64,000 bases of DNA from assembly GCA_013265495.1 (NCBI GenBank), contig MU058384.1, forward strand, positions 1,241,690 through 1,305,689, given 5' to 3'. Source of the DNA: Vicugna vicugna (lineage: Eukaryota). Numbering within the stretch: position 1 is the stretch's first letter; each line of letters opens with the position of its first letter. Below, piece after piece: positions 23,733-37,279 of the stretch. Under the pieces are notes generated by a model that was not told the origin of the DNA, made no database searches, and worked only from the letters and a program-made list of their open reading frames with translations. The translations under genes and the position numbers were made by a program.

Positions 23733-26700
23733 CATTTGGGCAGTCTGTCTGGTCTCTCTCCTCACCCTTACTCATCCCTCATCACCACCGTGTGATTTAT
23801 TGGTGACAGTGTGATTTATTTGGGATGGGTAAGAGCAGAAGAAGTTTAAGAACACGTGTGGTGCAGCTCCTTTCCTTCCCTATTGTTCGATTTCTCCTCC
23901 TATGAATCCATACCTCCTGGAGCTTCTGTTTCCACGTGGTGGGAGCACTTGGGTCAGGGCCCCGCTAGTCTTCTAAAGATGGATCTTGGAGACTAACGTC
24001 CTAAATTTCATGGAGATATGAGGCAGCAAACCTGGGTAAGGCTGTCTCCTCCACAGATTCAAATAGTCCCTCAGTTAGGTCATACCAAGGTCTGGCATGT
24101 GGCAGATGATAGAAAGCCTGGCATGTCTATATGTTTATCCCATTCTTCAATCCAGCTTTGATAGTAATAAACCTAATCATTTATCTCTAACTGTCCAACT
24201 TCTTTGTCTCCTTTCAAAAGTTACTTTCTAAATGACAGGAGAAATATATGTGATTATCACCCCATAAAACATCAATAATCTCTAACTCTGTCATACCAAT
24301 TAAGTTTAATAAAGCAAAAAGGGGGCATAAAATTTACCTAAATGATTTTCACATTGGCATAATAAGAAGTCCATGAATTTGATCAAAATTTCTTTTCCCT
24401 CTCTCCTTCCTTTCTTCCTTCATTTCTTTTCCCCACTTTTCTTTTTTTCCCTTCTTCCTTTTAATATCCAGATTACACAGGAATGCATAGGTTAAATAGA
24501 GTCTAGTCCTATTATCTGACTAGCCAGTGCCTCCACCACCCTAGTCACAGAGACTGTCCTGGGACACTTGTAGGGTAGCTGTCCTAGGACAGCCATGCAT
24601 CAGCCTGGTAGAGGAGTGAGAGACTTCCCTTGAAAGCCAGCCTGCTGCTCATTTACAACTGCTCAAATATCGGGCCATGCATATATTAAGAGCTCTATTT
24701 TCTCATACTCATATCCCCAATTAAGACCCCATTAACATTCATTAGCTTGTGTGTTCTGTGGTAAGAGACTTCTCAAGTGTATGATTGGTTTTATCAAACT
24801 GACCGGTGACCTCACTGAAGACAGACAAGTGATTGCTTCTCCTTTCCTTTGATGTCTTGCTCTGCTTAACCACTCTTCACCTAATATAGTCTGACTGCAA
24901 CCGATCATCAGTAAAACGTGCCACCTAATTGACAAACCAGGCTAATACTGAGCTTCTATTTTAAAATAGAAGATACTAATGCAGACATTGACATTTACAA
25001 AAAAAGGCAAAATGATACATGTTGAAAATAATTTTCAGGAAGCTCAAAGCTAAATTTGATGCCTAATTTCAGGAGCTATCTTTAGCCTATAAATTCTGGG
25101 ATAGCTATCTTGACCTAGCAGAGCCCATAATCACATTCATCTGCCCTTGCTTGAATAGTTTTAGCATACCTGTGTGTTTTATTTTAAGCTGCCTCAAGTA
25201 TTTTTGGAGGAAAGAGGGGTTATAAATAACAAGTGCAGTTTATCTCTAGCAGAATCCATTAAGAGTTAAAATATAATAACTGCATTATTCACATGTAATG
25301 AATAGGGCAAGCACACAGGCAGGAGAAAAAAATTAATGAATGAAGATAAAAGATAGTTCTATGGCTCAAATCTATTTTAAGGAAACAGAGATGAGCAGTT
25401 CGATCACCTGAACTTAGAAAGGGCAAAACATCAAGGTTACCATCCTAGCTGCTTATTAAAATGATTGCACAATCTTCAGGAAGTGGCCCAGAGCAGGATC
25501 TGTGTTCAGCGATGCATCCAAGAGGTGGCCCTTCCATTAACTACTCAACTATAAAACTGAGACATTCATCTAATCCTGACTCACATTGTTAAATGCCACA
25601 GACTGAATCACCAATCCTACCACATAAATGTCTCCATGAAACACTTATCCAGGCTGAAGATCTCCACTTAGGCTTGGGAGACAGTAGAAACTGTGGTTAC
25701 AGCTAGTTGCCTTGGAAGTCACATATGAGTTTAAGTTCACTGGTTTTCTGGATGCATGATAAAGCCCAGTCGTCAACAGATTTTATTTCTGTATGATGCT
25801 TTATGAGCCCACTTATATCTTTATTGTGTGCAATAAAAATTCTCATGAATAATCCTATTTCTAATAATTCTGGGTTTTAAAAATATTTCTCTTTTAGTGG
25901 ATTTTGTTTTCCTACTTATTTTGTTTTCCAAAGGGACATTTCAAATATGGGGGAAAAATGCTACAAAGGCTTCTAAATGAAATGCATTCTCTAACTGTCC
26001 AGATGTTCATTTCAATGCATGCATCATATAAATCTAAACTGATGAGAACGGCAATGGCCCAGCTCAGTCTGTCTTAGTTGGTGAACTCTGAAACAAGAAA
26101 AATAAGAAATGTGCTTTTTTAGAGGTTATGAGTTTTAACAACTTAAGAAAAGAAAATACTTTTTGTATTTTATTATTTGGAATTTTGGACAATAAAATTG
26201 ACTTCCCACAACGGTCTTCCTACTGTGTAATAGACAAATATCATCTCTGTTTCAAGAGGAAATCCAGACGTTTCCTTTGTAATGAGGCTATGTCTGTAAA
26301 AAAAAGAAATAAAAACCCAAAGTCACCCTAATACTTTCTATTGCTTTTCTTTCTGAAGGCTTTATTAGATATTCTGTATTTTTTCATTGTTCCTCACACA
26401 TCTCAAGGGTGGGCATATGTGATAATCTTCGATTCTTCCACTTCCGAGAATTTAAATACAATTATACAGATGCCTCATTTGCTTTCTGATGTCCTTCAAG
26501 AGACTGAAGGAAGGCTTCAAACAAGGCTCAATGTCAGGAACCCAAAGCACCCCTGCTGCTGTGCTATGCACAAAGCCATTTCCTCAGATTAACATGGTTA
26601 GCATCTTCAGAACGGGTTCTAGCAGGAGCAAATGCCCTTGAAGCTACATGATTCAGTGTAGTTTTCACTCTGGGAGGAAAGACGCAGAGTAGCTTCTACC

Positions 26701-27013
26701 TGGCAACCCCTCCAGTGAGGAAACCCTGAAAAACTAAAGGTTCCTTAGAGCATCTGAGTTCCTGGGCCATCTAAACGGTATGTTGTCAGCAGAGGCGTGG
26801 TGCTGCATTGCTGGTGTTTCACCTGGGCCTGTCCTCCAAACAGCATTTCCCGGAGATGTGCTTGAGTGAGGAGGTTCTTAAGCTTGCACAGGTGTCTGCT
26901 TAAATCATTTACATAGTAACAGTCTGTGTTAACCCTCTCTTTGACCCACAAAGCCCCACAGCTGCGATGCTATCATCATACCCTAAGAGAACAGTATTTT
27001 CAGGGAGCCCATC

Positions 27014-27365
27014 TATGTTAGTTCATGCAGGCTGTTATAACAAGGTATCACAGACTCAGTGGTTACTAAACAGCAGGAATATATTTCTCACAGTTCTGAA
27101 GGCTGAAGTCTGAGATCAGGGTGCCAGCAGAGTCTGGCTGAGGGCTCTCTTCGAGGTCTCAGGTTTCTCTTGTTATCCTCACACGGCAGTAAAGGCTGGG
27201 GAGCTCTGTGAGGTCTCTTTTAAAGGAGCACTAATCCCATTCATAAGGGCCCTGCCTTCATGACCTAATCACCTCCCAAAGGCCCCACCTTCTAAGCCAT
27301 TACCTTGCAGATTAGAATTTCGACCTTACAAATTTGGGCAGGATACGAACATTCAGACCATAGCA
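27014..27365 (-). mobile_element. MaLR solo LTR, MLT1A/MLT1A0-like
   Basis: Antisense homologue of 15376-15714: atttctcacagttctgaaggctg...cactaatcccattcat...catgacctaatcacctcccaaaggccccacct...aacattcagaccatagca. Confidence 0.92.
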
Positions 27366-27569
27366 CTACTTTAACATATCATCAACAGCAAATATTCCTT
27401 AGTTCCTACAACATACAGACAGTAAACTCAGCCATCACTGGCAGTACTATAGGAACATCAACACATTGCTAAGAAGAAACCTGTTTATCTGCTCAGAACA
27501 TTCATTCACTGCATGGGTGTCCTTGGCCATGTCAAACTCAGTTTTCTATGAGCATATTCTTAAGGTTTT

Positions 27570-27720
27570 GCATTTACACTTCATATTTCCTTCCCTACTA
27601 CTAGATTATAAACCCCAAATGCTAGGACCGGGTCAAGAATCTCTCTCTTTTATAGCCTTTCTACAGCTCATAATATAGTGCCATGGACAACTCAGAATGT
27701 TGGTGACAAACAGCTAAGTC
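27570..27720 (+). mobile_element. L2 3' terminus (degenerate)
   Basis: ccctactactagattataaacccc...atagtgcc. Confidence 0.45.
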
Positions 27721-30059
27721 AACAGAAGTGGAAACAATAGATTTTTTTTTTTTTTTAGCAAGAACAGCTAATAACTTCCTTGGCTAAAGGAAAATCAACA
27801 AGTCCAGTATTTATAATAATAAAGGTTATTTATCATAAAGTCCATTAATTGTCATAATATAATGTGATTTTGTTCAAGGAGTTAGCCAAGTGAAAAAGAC
27901 ATTTATGGTTTTATATACGGCCAAATTAGCACTACCATTTAAAATTTTACATAAGAAGATCTTGAAAAATTTCCTGAAACCACTGAAATACCTTTAAAGT
28001 ATGAAGTCAGTAATTTATCTTGTGGCATTAAAGTTAAGTATGCGGTTACAATCTGGCATGGTGACGTTTCCCTGGATTAGTCTCTAAGTCTTTGGAACAA
28101 TTTCAAAGGGGACTGTCCAAAGAAAAGGAGATGGACTGGAAGTCTTCTTTGGCCCAGTGATTATGTAACTCATAAATACAGCATGAAGACTGCGGTCTTG
28201 GCATTTTTTCTAGAAGTATTTCAGCACATATTGGAATTCCAAAATCTTCTCTCACAGATTTACGGCCCAGTGACCACTACCTTTGCTCCTAATTCAGCAT
28301 CATTTGGTCTGCAGAAATGGGCCACCTCTGAGAGCACCCAGACTCCTCTCTGCTGGGGTGAGCATCCCCCTAACCCCTTCTCCTCCGAAGAACCCCATCC
28401 CCCGCCTTGATTCAGTTAAAAGACTTGAGCGACTTTGGCATTTTCATTTTAACACCTTCCTCTACACGCCCAATGCATGATATTTTATGTTAAGTGTTTT
28501 TAAATCTCCAAGTTTACTCGTTTCTCACAAACTCATCTCATTAGCACTTCCTCCTGGCAACTCTCCATATATATATGTACTACTTAAGCAAAAGGCACCA
28601 TTATTCATTTTGTCATTTTTTCATGGGGTGATAAAACCTGTCCCCAAATATTCAGGTTTACTCCCTAACTTGGTGGACATCTTTATCTATCTTTATCTGG
28701 ACATTAATAAAAGCTTTGTATTTTCAAGGTAACATTCTGTTTACTATAGAGAATACTGCTGGAGTACTTGTAAACTCACCACTACGTATAAGTTAACCAC
28801 TCAATGTGCTTTTGGAAATTTTTGGAGAAAAGATTTTTGTCTCTCCTCCCTGAGCTGACCAAGTTGACATCCTCCCTGGTCCAGAGGTCAGTGCACATAA
28901 CTCCAGGGGCAAAGCTGGGTCTATTTGCAATCTGGCCCTATAAATATTTAATAAAGGGTTTGAGAGGAGGCTGACTAGACATCATCTGTTAAACTGCTGG
29001 AGACATACCAGACACCGTGAATTAACTACAGAATAGGTCCATTATATTGTCAGGGTTCGATAGCGGGCCAAAGATATGCAGCTGATCCCACATTCTGAGT
29101 AGACCACCACCACAATAGGAATGAAGCAGTCAAAAGTAGATAAATATAAATTCTGCCACCAAATGAAGCTAATTCTTTGCGAATATCAGTCAACAATTCT
29201 CTGATCAGCTTAAAACAACACAACTAACTCTGACATAGATACAAAATCTCTCCCTCCAAGCTAAGCTCATGATTTTATTTCATTAGCTCCCAAATATTGT
29301 CATTCCTTGATATGCGAAAATTAAGCCAGGAGAAATGCAACAAATATAAGCTATACGTGTTGGTTCTCTGACATTCATTCAACTTTCAATACTTTTATAA
29401 AGTTAATAAAGAACACTTTAAAAGCCAAACAGCTACAAATCAGACTGCCACAGTGCTTTCTGTCACACTATAAAAGATGCTGCTTGTTTTTTGGAGAATG
29501 AAGAATGTCAGGATTTCTCATAAATCATTGATAGCTCATAAAGGGCTACGTCCATCTCCTTTAGAGCAAGCAGGCCTATATTAACATGGCAGGGGAAGAG
29601 CAGAACCCGCTGACGCCAAGTTCCAGCGCTTTCAGCTTTGTATCTTGTTTTTCTTCCTAGGGACAGTTGAAAATAGAAAGAAATGGGCTGATTTTTTTTA
29701 ATGCAAGTTTTTGTACACTCACAGAGATTTTCCCCCTTGCTCTCTCTCCCTCCATGCCCCTACACTCAAATGTTGAGAAAGAAAAGTACTGCAGTGAGAG
29801 GCAGCAACAGGTCCCTAGCTCTGACTGAGGCTCTTCCATGCCTTTGCTGCTTTCTATTGTTTTTTACCGGCTTTGCCCTTTAGACATAAAAAGGAGTCAC
29901 CTCTCTTAGAAGAATCTCTAAAGGCAATTGTGTTGGAGGGAGAAGGGAGGAGACAAAAAGGTGCTTGACATTGAGAAAATGAGGAAATGATTTCGAGCTC
30001 TCTATGGCATTCAGATTCACATACCAAGAAGGAGAAATGAGCCACCCCACCTCCAACTT

Positions 30060-30225
30060 AACACCTGTGCACACACTGGCACATACACATACACAGCAAA
30101 TGCACACACATATGCATAATGTCACACCACCTCCTGCCATGTTGTTTCAGACAGACTATACATATATATATGTATGTACTCAGGTTATATTATAAATATA
30201 TATATATATAAATATATATATAATC
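30060..30225. repeat. Degenerate (CA)n and (TA)n low-complexity tract
   Basis: Directly visible. Confidence 0.8.
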
Positions 30226-31264
30226 TTATTTCAAATGAGTAGATGTATGTTCCCAGAGTACCATCCCTTTGCTACTCTGCTGGTATAAGCCTAACCAAAG
30301 CACCATCAGTAAATAATCTATCAGCATTCTGTACAATGCAGTAAACACATTTTTCATGCCACTTTATGGCAGGGAATGAAGACAATGAGCAGGTAAAGGA
30401 ATTTTAATCCCTCAATAAAAGTTGTCTATGGGGATACTGGATTGTATTGTACATTTAAATGTATTTATTTTAAGAATAAATGTTCTACTGTAGGTGGAAA
30501 CAGATCCCATCATTAAAGAATGATTCCAGCTTCATTTTGGTTGCGGTTCCAAAGGATAACAATAAAGCTTTTTTCATTTTAGAATTTTAGAAAGCAAAGC
30601 TTACAGATAAGTGCAGATTCTACTATCAGAAGGAATATCTGATTGGAAAACACAAGCTGGTTTACAAGACATGAGAGCATTCAAAGAGAAGTACAACTAT
30701 AACAGATTATCATTTTAAAGCTCTTTGTTCTTTTTCTTAAAGAATCAATTAAGTAATAATGAATGATATTATTAAAATTTTCCAAATCCAAGTTTTATTA
30801 ATGCCCGATGAAGCTGAGAAGTAGGTAAGTTTATTGATACACTTCTCCAATATGTAAGACTATTCTACAAAATTATTGTAACATGTGTGATGTGTATGAC
30901 ATGTAGGGAAATAACACAAAGCAGTCATTTATGTCACTAGACCTGCCTCTGCCCTTTGCACCGGGAAACGGGTTTCCTGGGAAAAAGAGATCAAGCTCTT
31001 GAATTTCTCTTCCTAACTGAGGGAAGAAAAATTAACTTTCTTTCCTTGGGCGTCAGGTTTCTGGACATAAGAAGTTACTGGCTGAACAGCCATCCATTTC
31101 ACTAATAAATATCCACGTCAGAAGAACAATACAGCAAACCAATGCCATCTCTCCAAGAAGCCATCACGGTGGACACGCACTTTATGCACCTCTGGGGTTG
31201 GTCCTGCCACAGGCTCTAGCCTCATACTGCCTTCTCACAGGGCCTCTAGCCAGGAGGGTTAAGA

Positions 31265-31440
31265 TCACAGAGCTATAATGTATTGGAGCTGAAAGGGGTC
31301 ATGGAGGTCATTTAATCCAACATTCTCACCTCAGATATGAGGAAATGAGATCTGCACATCAGACGACATGCTTAACACAGTAAATTTCTGTCAAAGTCTA
31401 GGCTGAAACACATGTTTCCCAACAACCAGCTTTCTAGAAT
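31265..31440 (-). mobile_element. MIR-family SINE
   Basis: ggagctgaaaggggtcatggaggtcatttaatccaac...cagatatgaggaaatgaga. Confidence 0.65.
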
Positions 31441-31454
31441 CTCATCATGCAAAA

Positions 31455-31998
31455 CACAGCACTCAGACTAGGAGCACTGGAGAAGCATTAGAAATGAATC
31501 TCTGGTCTTACCCCAGCCCTACTGTATTAGTTGGAGTTCTCCAAAGAACAGGACCAATTGGGGAGGGGGGGTGTGGTGGGGGGTGTGTGTGTATGTGAGA
31601 AGAGATTTATTTCACTGAACTGGCTCATGCAATTGTGGTAACCAACAAACCTGAAATCCATAAAACAGGTCAGTTGGTTAGAAACTCGGGCAGGATTTCT
31701 GTGCTTCAGTCTTAAGACAGAATTCCTTCTTCTCTGGGAAACCTCCTGTTTTGCTCTTAGATGAGGTCCACCTACATTATTGATAGTAAACTCCTTTACT
31801 AAGTCACCGAGTGTAGATGCTAATCACATGTACAAAATACCTTTACAGCAACATCTAGACTAGTAGTTTGACTAGACAGCTGGGCACCATAGCCAAGACA
31901 GGTTGGCACATAAAGCATATCCATCACATTTCCTGAATTGGAATCTGCATTTTAACATGATCCCTGGGTAACTCACATGAACATGAAAGTTTGAAAAG
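31455..31998. mobile_element. MER5A-like hAT element split by the MLT2 LTR
   Basis: ttagaaatgaatctctgg...ccccagccctac | LTR | ctgaattggaatctgcattttaacatgatccctgggtaactc...aaagtttgaaaa joins into a MER5A-type sequence. Confidence 0.7.
31523..31928 (-). mobile_element. ERVL solo LTR, MLT2D-like
   Basis: tgtattag...ttctcca...ggctcatgcaattgtgg...aaaatacctttacagcaacatctagactagt...ctgggcaccatagcc...ccatcaca. Confidence 0.9.
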
Positions 31999-32024
31999 TT
32001 GAGAAGCTCTGATTTAGCTATTTG

Positions 32025-32541
32025 TAAGTTGGGAGGATGTGACAGCCCCAGTTCTGTCACAGAGAGATCCAGTGTAACAGTGTGTTAAGTAAGCTGGAAG
32101 TTTACTTCTCTCCCATGAAAAGTTTGAGCGCTGTCGTCTAGGATAAAGAAAGACACTCGACAGTCAGGAACCAAGGCCTCTTCTAACCTGTGGCTCTTCC
32201 ATCTTCAACACACGGATTCCATCTCGTGGCCCAAGATAATTATTTCCACTCTGGCCGTCACGCCTTTGTTTTCTCATCAGCAGAAAGAGAGAAAAGGGCA
32301 ATGGAGAAAACATCCTTTTCCTTTAAGGACATGACCCAGAAGTTACACTCAACACTGACGTTCAAATTCTGTCATCCAGAACCTGATCATATGGCCACAT
32401 CTAGTTACAATGGAGACTGGAAAATATAGTACTTTTACAGAGTTGCTAATTATTCAGTAAAAATTCAGTCCAATTCAGAGTTCTGCAAGTAAGGAAAGAA
32501 GGGAAGACTGGTTACTAAAGGGCAGCTAACCATTCCTGCCA
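32025..32541 (-). mobile_element. Old MaLR LTR (MLT1J/K-like)
   Basis: gtcaggaaccaaggcctcttct...tggcccaagat...cagaagtt...atcatatggccacatctagttacaatggagactggaaaatatagt. Confidence 0.75.
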
Positions 32542-35500
32542 CTTATTTTTCTGCACCTGCAAGCACTTCTGCAACTACAAATGTGGAGGTGGGGAAGGAG
32601 CAGAAGGGAGAGAACATCTTTCCTGCTTTCCTCTATAGTAGGGAGCATTCAATCCAGCTTATCACTGGTATGATGAGGAAACAAAGGGTGACGGCCGCTC
32701 CTACTGCCCTTACGTTGATGGGCTACTTCCTCAACGTGGAGTGGCTCTTGGCCAACACAGCCAGAATGTAAGTTTCCCTTGTCCCAAGGAAGGCACGGTG
32801 GTGGAAAAAGTATTCTACATCCTGGCTCTTTTTATGTTTCATCACTTCCATCTCTTCCCTGCCACATAGGGCTGACTCACTTCTCCCTGTTTCCAAGGCC
32901 AAGAAGGAACATAAAAGAGGAAGCAGCTCTAGTCAAAGCGTCTTCTCTTCTTGTGCAGTCCTGGTAATTCTCATATCCCACAGCTGGGGAGAGAAGCATA
33001 GATAGCCACTTTCAACCTTCATGCTGACCACAAAACTCCTTGTTATTTCCTTTCCTGAGATGAAAGGCTGTGCATTCGGGGGTAACTGAAAAGTATCCAG
33101 AGGTATGGCTAGGGATGGCTTTATACAGGGGAGTGATGTTTGCCTAAGTATATTTTTATTTAATTGATGAAACAGCTTTACACACACAAAATTATTTAAT
33201 AGCAGAATAAAAGAATCTGTAAAAATATATCATTGTCTCTGTCATACTACCTCCCACAGTAACCCACATACATACACAAAGTCCCTTCAGAGACCAACAA
33301 GGCACATTGTGCAGAACTGGCTGTAACCAAGGTAACAAAACATTGTTTCTTTGCATCAGCTTTTAAGACAAAAAAATCATTGTTATACTGAACGCTTCTT
33401 TGTAATAGTGTTTATTGCTATGTCGTATAAACCTTCATTTTCAAGATCTAGGTTACGTCGGGCTGTTTGTTTTCATCTAGATACTAACTGTAACTTTCAA
33501 CAGGTAATTAGAAGCACCTGGATTATAGGTCAAAGCATTTGGGGGCCATAACTAAATAAGAATACAGCTGTGACAGGATTCTCCTTACTTTCATATTTCT
33601 ATGAAAAATTATTTATTAACATAATTGAATATCAGTTAACTAATACCTATATATTGATTATATGGTCCACAGGCATGCATGCATAGATAAAGAATGATAC
33701 ATATAGTAAAAGACTATAAATAATTTGCTTGCTCATCATTTTGTATAAAACTACTGGATGCCTTTCTTGCCAAACTTGACTCATTAATCATCATCTGCCA
33801 TCTAGTTTTAAGATGACATAGAGTAAGACAATCCATCTTGAATCTTTTCCCAAGTGCAGGTATACACACTTTTCTTAATATAAGTGCTCTTCTCTCTTAT
33901 ATTAGAGTTTCACTTAGATTTTCAGAATTGCTCTACAATCAAAATTTTTTTGATGTGCCTGACAGCAGAGCTCAGCAGCATCTGGAGTTCTGTGACATCA
34001 TGTCCTCCCACAAAACTTTACCCTCATGGTCTCAGTCTGATATGAATCTCTGCTGGATATGCTGGCATAGCCCTCATTCTTGCATGGATTCTATGTCACC
34101 TTGGAAAAATATCATTATTACTCTGTGCAAACTAGACTCAGAAAGGCACCGTTTTGGGCTGAAGAGTGTGTGGCGTGTTGTATGTGTTTGTACATGCACA
34201 TGCACACATGCATGTAATCAGTAGGGCTTACAATTTATAACATCAATCACGCAATCTCAAATGTCTGTTATCAACATCACTGATGTAATAATTGAGTTTA
34301 TACTAATAATAATTTAAACAATGGCCATTTTACTTTGGAAATTGATGAATGGTTATAAAAATGTTTGCCTACCAGCTAAAATTTGGAAAAAATGTGCAAA
34401 CAATCGCAAAGAAGTGCTAGTTATGGAATCTCAGATCATGAAAAGTGACTTTTCTTCTACATTTCAAAAGAAACAAACATTTTCTTTCAGTTTAAGGAAG
34501 GAAAAAGTAATCATAGTGATCCCATGATTGTTATCATCGTGATCCCAATTTACTCTGGGAGTGTGTCTTACTCAATCTGCTTCTTTTGTATTTTTTCTTA
34601 TATTAGGGAGAAATTGCTGCTCTAAGGATCTGGATCTGTTCCCTAGGACTGTGTTCCCCATATGACTTAGTTTAACGAGAATAATTTCCAGTCCCAGTCA
34701 GGAAATGAAAGCATCGGGCAGTGTAATGAGCATGCGATTGAATTTTTCCAGTAGTATAGACTTATTAGCTCTAAAAACTGCAGATTTACATTAATTTTTT
34801 CCTATCTCATGATATTGTCCTGTACCTCTTGAATTACATTTTTTATCCAACTTCATATTTTGGTTTCAAACTTAGGTATTTTCTGGAGACTTAGCACAGG
34901 GGCTACATTTATATTCTCAGAGCAGGAATTTTCATTCTGTTTTTCTCTTTTCTTCTGAGACAATTTTAAGAATAGATTTAGTCACAATACAATTTAATCT
35001 GTATTCTCAGCTATTTAGAAGAAAACATTGATTAACAATATTGAAGAAACTTGTCTAAAAATAGCACTGCATGGAACACAGCTCAACAGTCTCTTAAAAG
35101 CATCAAGTTTTCTCAAGTACAGTCTAGTTTTGGCCATTACTATAATCAATGATTATTGATTTTCTCACTGATGTTAAGGGAGAAGAAAAATTACATGCTT
35201 TTATTTATAAAATCAAATTACATCTAGTTCTGAGCCCCACCAGCCTGGATAGTAGAAAACCTGTCATATTTGGGAGGGAGGTGCTCTTATGTAAGTTTCT
35301 CTCCACTTGACACCATCATGGTCTAGGGCTGTGCTGGCAATTCCACCACTCACAGCCTCTGCTCTCCTCACAGCCAACTTGACCCTGGGACCAAAGCAGC
35401 ATCTCTTGGGGGTCTGTTTCCAGACCACTGCTCCACCCACATCAGGGTCCCACTGTCAAGCTGGCATTGCCTGTGTACCCACCATTCTCTTCACTCCTCA

Positions 35501-35629
35501 GTAACAGAGAGCTACAATCTCAGAGAGGTTGGTCATATTCTGCTTATTCCACTTTTCCCAAGAGACCCATCATCTTTTAGCGCTGGAAAATTCAGGCTGT
35601 GATCTCAATGAGCTTGTGTTTTCCAAAAA

Positions 35630-35850
35630 CAGTAACAATAAGAGCCAAGCTCAATAATAGTATTTACTATATGTCAGCACTTCAAGTGCACTAACTTGTT
35701 TAACAATCACAACATGAAGAAAGATTTACTATTATTGTATTCATTGCACAGAGAAGTTAGGTGACTTGTCATTTAGCCAGGAAGTAAAGAACCAGAATTC
35801 AAATCCATTCATTCTGGCCCGAGAGTCTACGTTCTTAGCCACTACAATGT
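35630..35850 (-). mobile_element. MIR SINE
   Basis: ttactatatgtcagcac...cacagagaagttaggtgacttgtc...agaaccagaattcaaatcca...ctggcccgagagtc...cttagccactac. Confidence 0.8.
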
Positions 35851-36487
35851 ACACCTTGTCTGTATGACAATCTGTTCATCCTTTCTTAAGTAAGATAAGT
35901 AATCTTTGACTTCAGGCTATAGAGGCCTGATTATATAGAGTGGTGACTGCGGTTGGGAAAAAAAAAGATGTGTGAAGAAAAATACCTGCCATATTTATTC
36001 CTTCATGAGATTTCTCCAGAAGAATGTAAACCACTGTTAAATCCACAGTTAGGTTATTTTACCATATATATGATACTCATATTATAACTGGGATGGGAGG
36101 TAAAGATGTATTTTTTATAGTGTTATCTCAAAGTGTTCTCATCTTTCACAATCATCCACTAGATAATAAAATGGGAAAATTACCAATATCCAATATAGTT
36201 GTCAACTTAGTTTGGTTTAATAGTTTAAGCGCTCTAAGTATGTCTGATCGATTGGGTTAATTACCTATATTGTCTTATTTTGGAACCCTCCCTCTTTGAT
36301 TTCTTTGTAAAATGGGATCAGGTATATGGAAAAGAGACTTATGTGATCTCTGGTGTAGAGTCCTTAGCATCCTCTGCCTTTGCCTTGTGTTTGCTATTCA
36401 GTGGCTGATGAGCTTTGAGATGTTACTGGTCTCATACTTGAATTTTATGTGGCATCTACTGATGACAACTGCAGCAAAAACCACTCA

Positions 36488-36492
<5 letters not shown>

Positions 36493-36527
<35 letters not shown>

Positions 36528-36580
36528 CTCGCTCTCTCTCTCTCTCGCTCTCTTGCTCTCTCACATTCACACTCTCTCTC
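36493..36580. repeat. (CT)n microsatellite
   Basis: Directly visible; it generates the SLSLSL/ERERER ORFs in the track. Confidence 0.95.
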
Positions 36581-37279
36581 GGCTTGGTTATAGACCAGGG
36601 ACAGATTCCTGGATATCATTTTCTCACCTGGGCTCTTTAAGCTCCTCTGAAACCTTATCACATTTTTCATCATGCCTTTGGCTTAGGTGGGCTGCCCTTA
36701 ACCTCTACTATGGTACTGCCTTGCTGCAGCCCTCCAGAGGAGGCCTGCTGATTCTCTGTTCAGTGGTCAGGCCATCCAGACCAAAAGGAGGTAAAATGGA
36801 ATGCAAATTAGATACCCTCTTTCTCTTTTTCTGTGTCTCCTAACCCTGCTTAAGGTGAACCCTCGGTGCTGGTGTGGAACCTCCTGCCCAGGTCCCTCCT
36901 CACAGGGAATCAAATTGATAACAAGACAAGAACTGCCACATTTGTGCTCAGTTACTTTCTCTTATCACTAAGCCAAACCATGCAAGGGGGATTGAATCAA
37001 ACATCTGATCCCTTTCCTCCCCTTCTTCTTCATTCCATCCTCCCTCTTTGCTCTGTAATCTCCAGGATGAATTTTTTTTTTTATTCTTCTATTTGTAGTC
37101 ACCTTCTACTCAAAATAACAAGCTCCTTTTCTTACACAGCTCTTTTTTCTAGGTTCTATTTTTGCAATTCAATTTTGTGGCTATGAAAATCTTACTTGCT
37201 AGGTAGGTGATAAATGGATATTAAAATAACTGTTCTTAGTTTTAATCCCCAACTCCCATCCCTCAAGGTACTATATTAA

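Noticed and set aside
24578..24593. 16-bp perfect palindrome GCTGTCCTAGGACAGC
   Set aside because: About one such palindrome is expected by chance in 64 kb (64000/4^8), and nothing else supports it.
15376..27365. Two MLT1A-like LTRs as the ends of one provirus
   Set aside because: Opposite orientations, the first has its own TSD on both sides, and no internal MaLR sequence was seen. They are independent solo LTRs.
36312..36843. Overlapping ORFs with SLSLSL/ERERER runs
   Set aside because: Translations of the (CT)n microsatellite.
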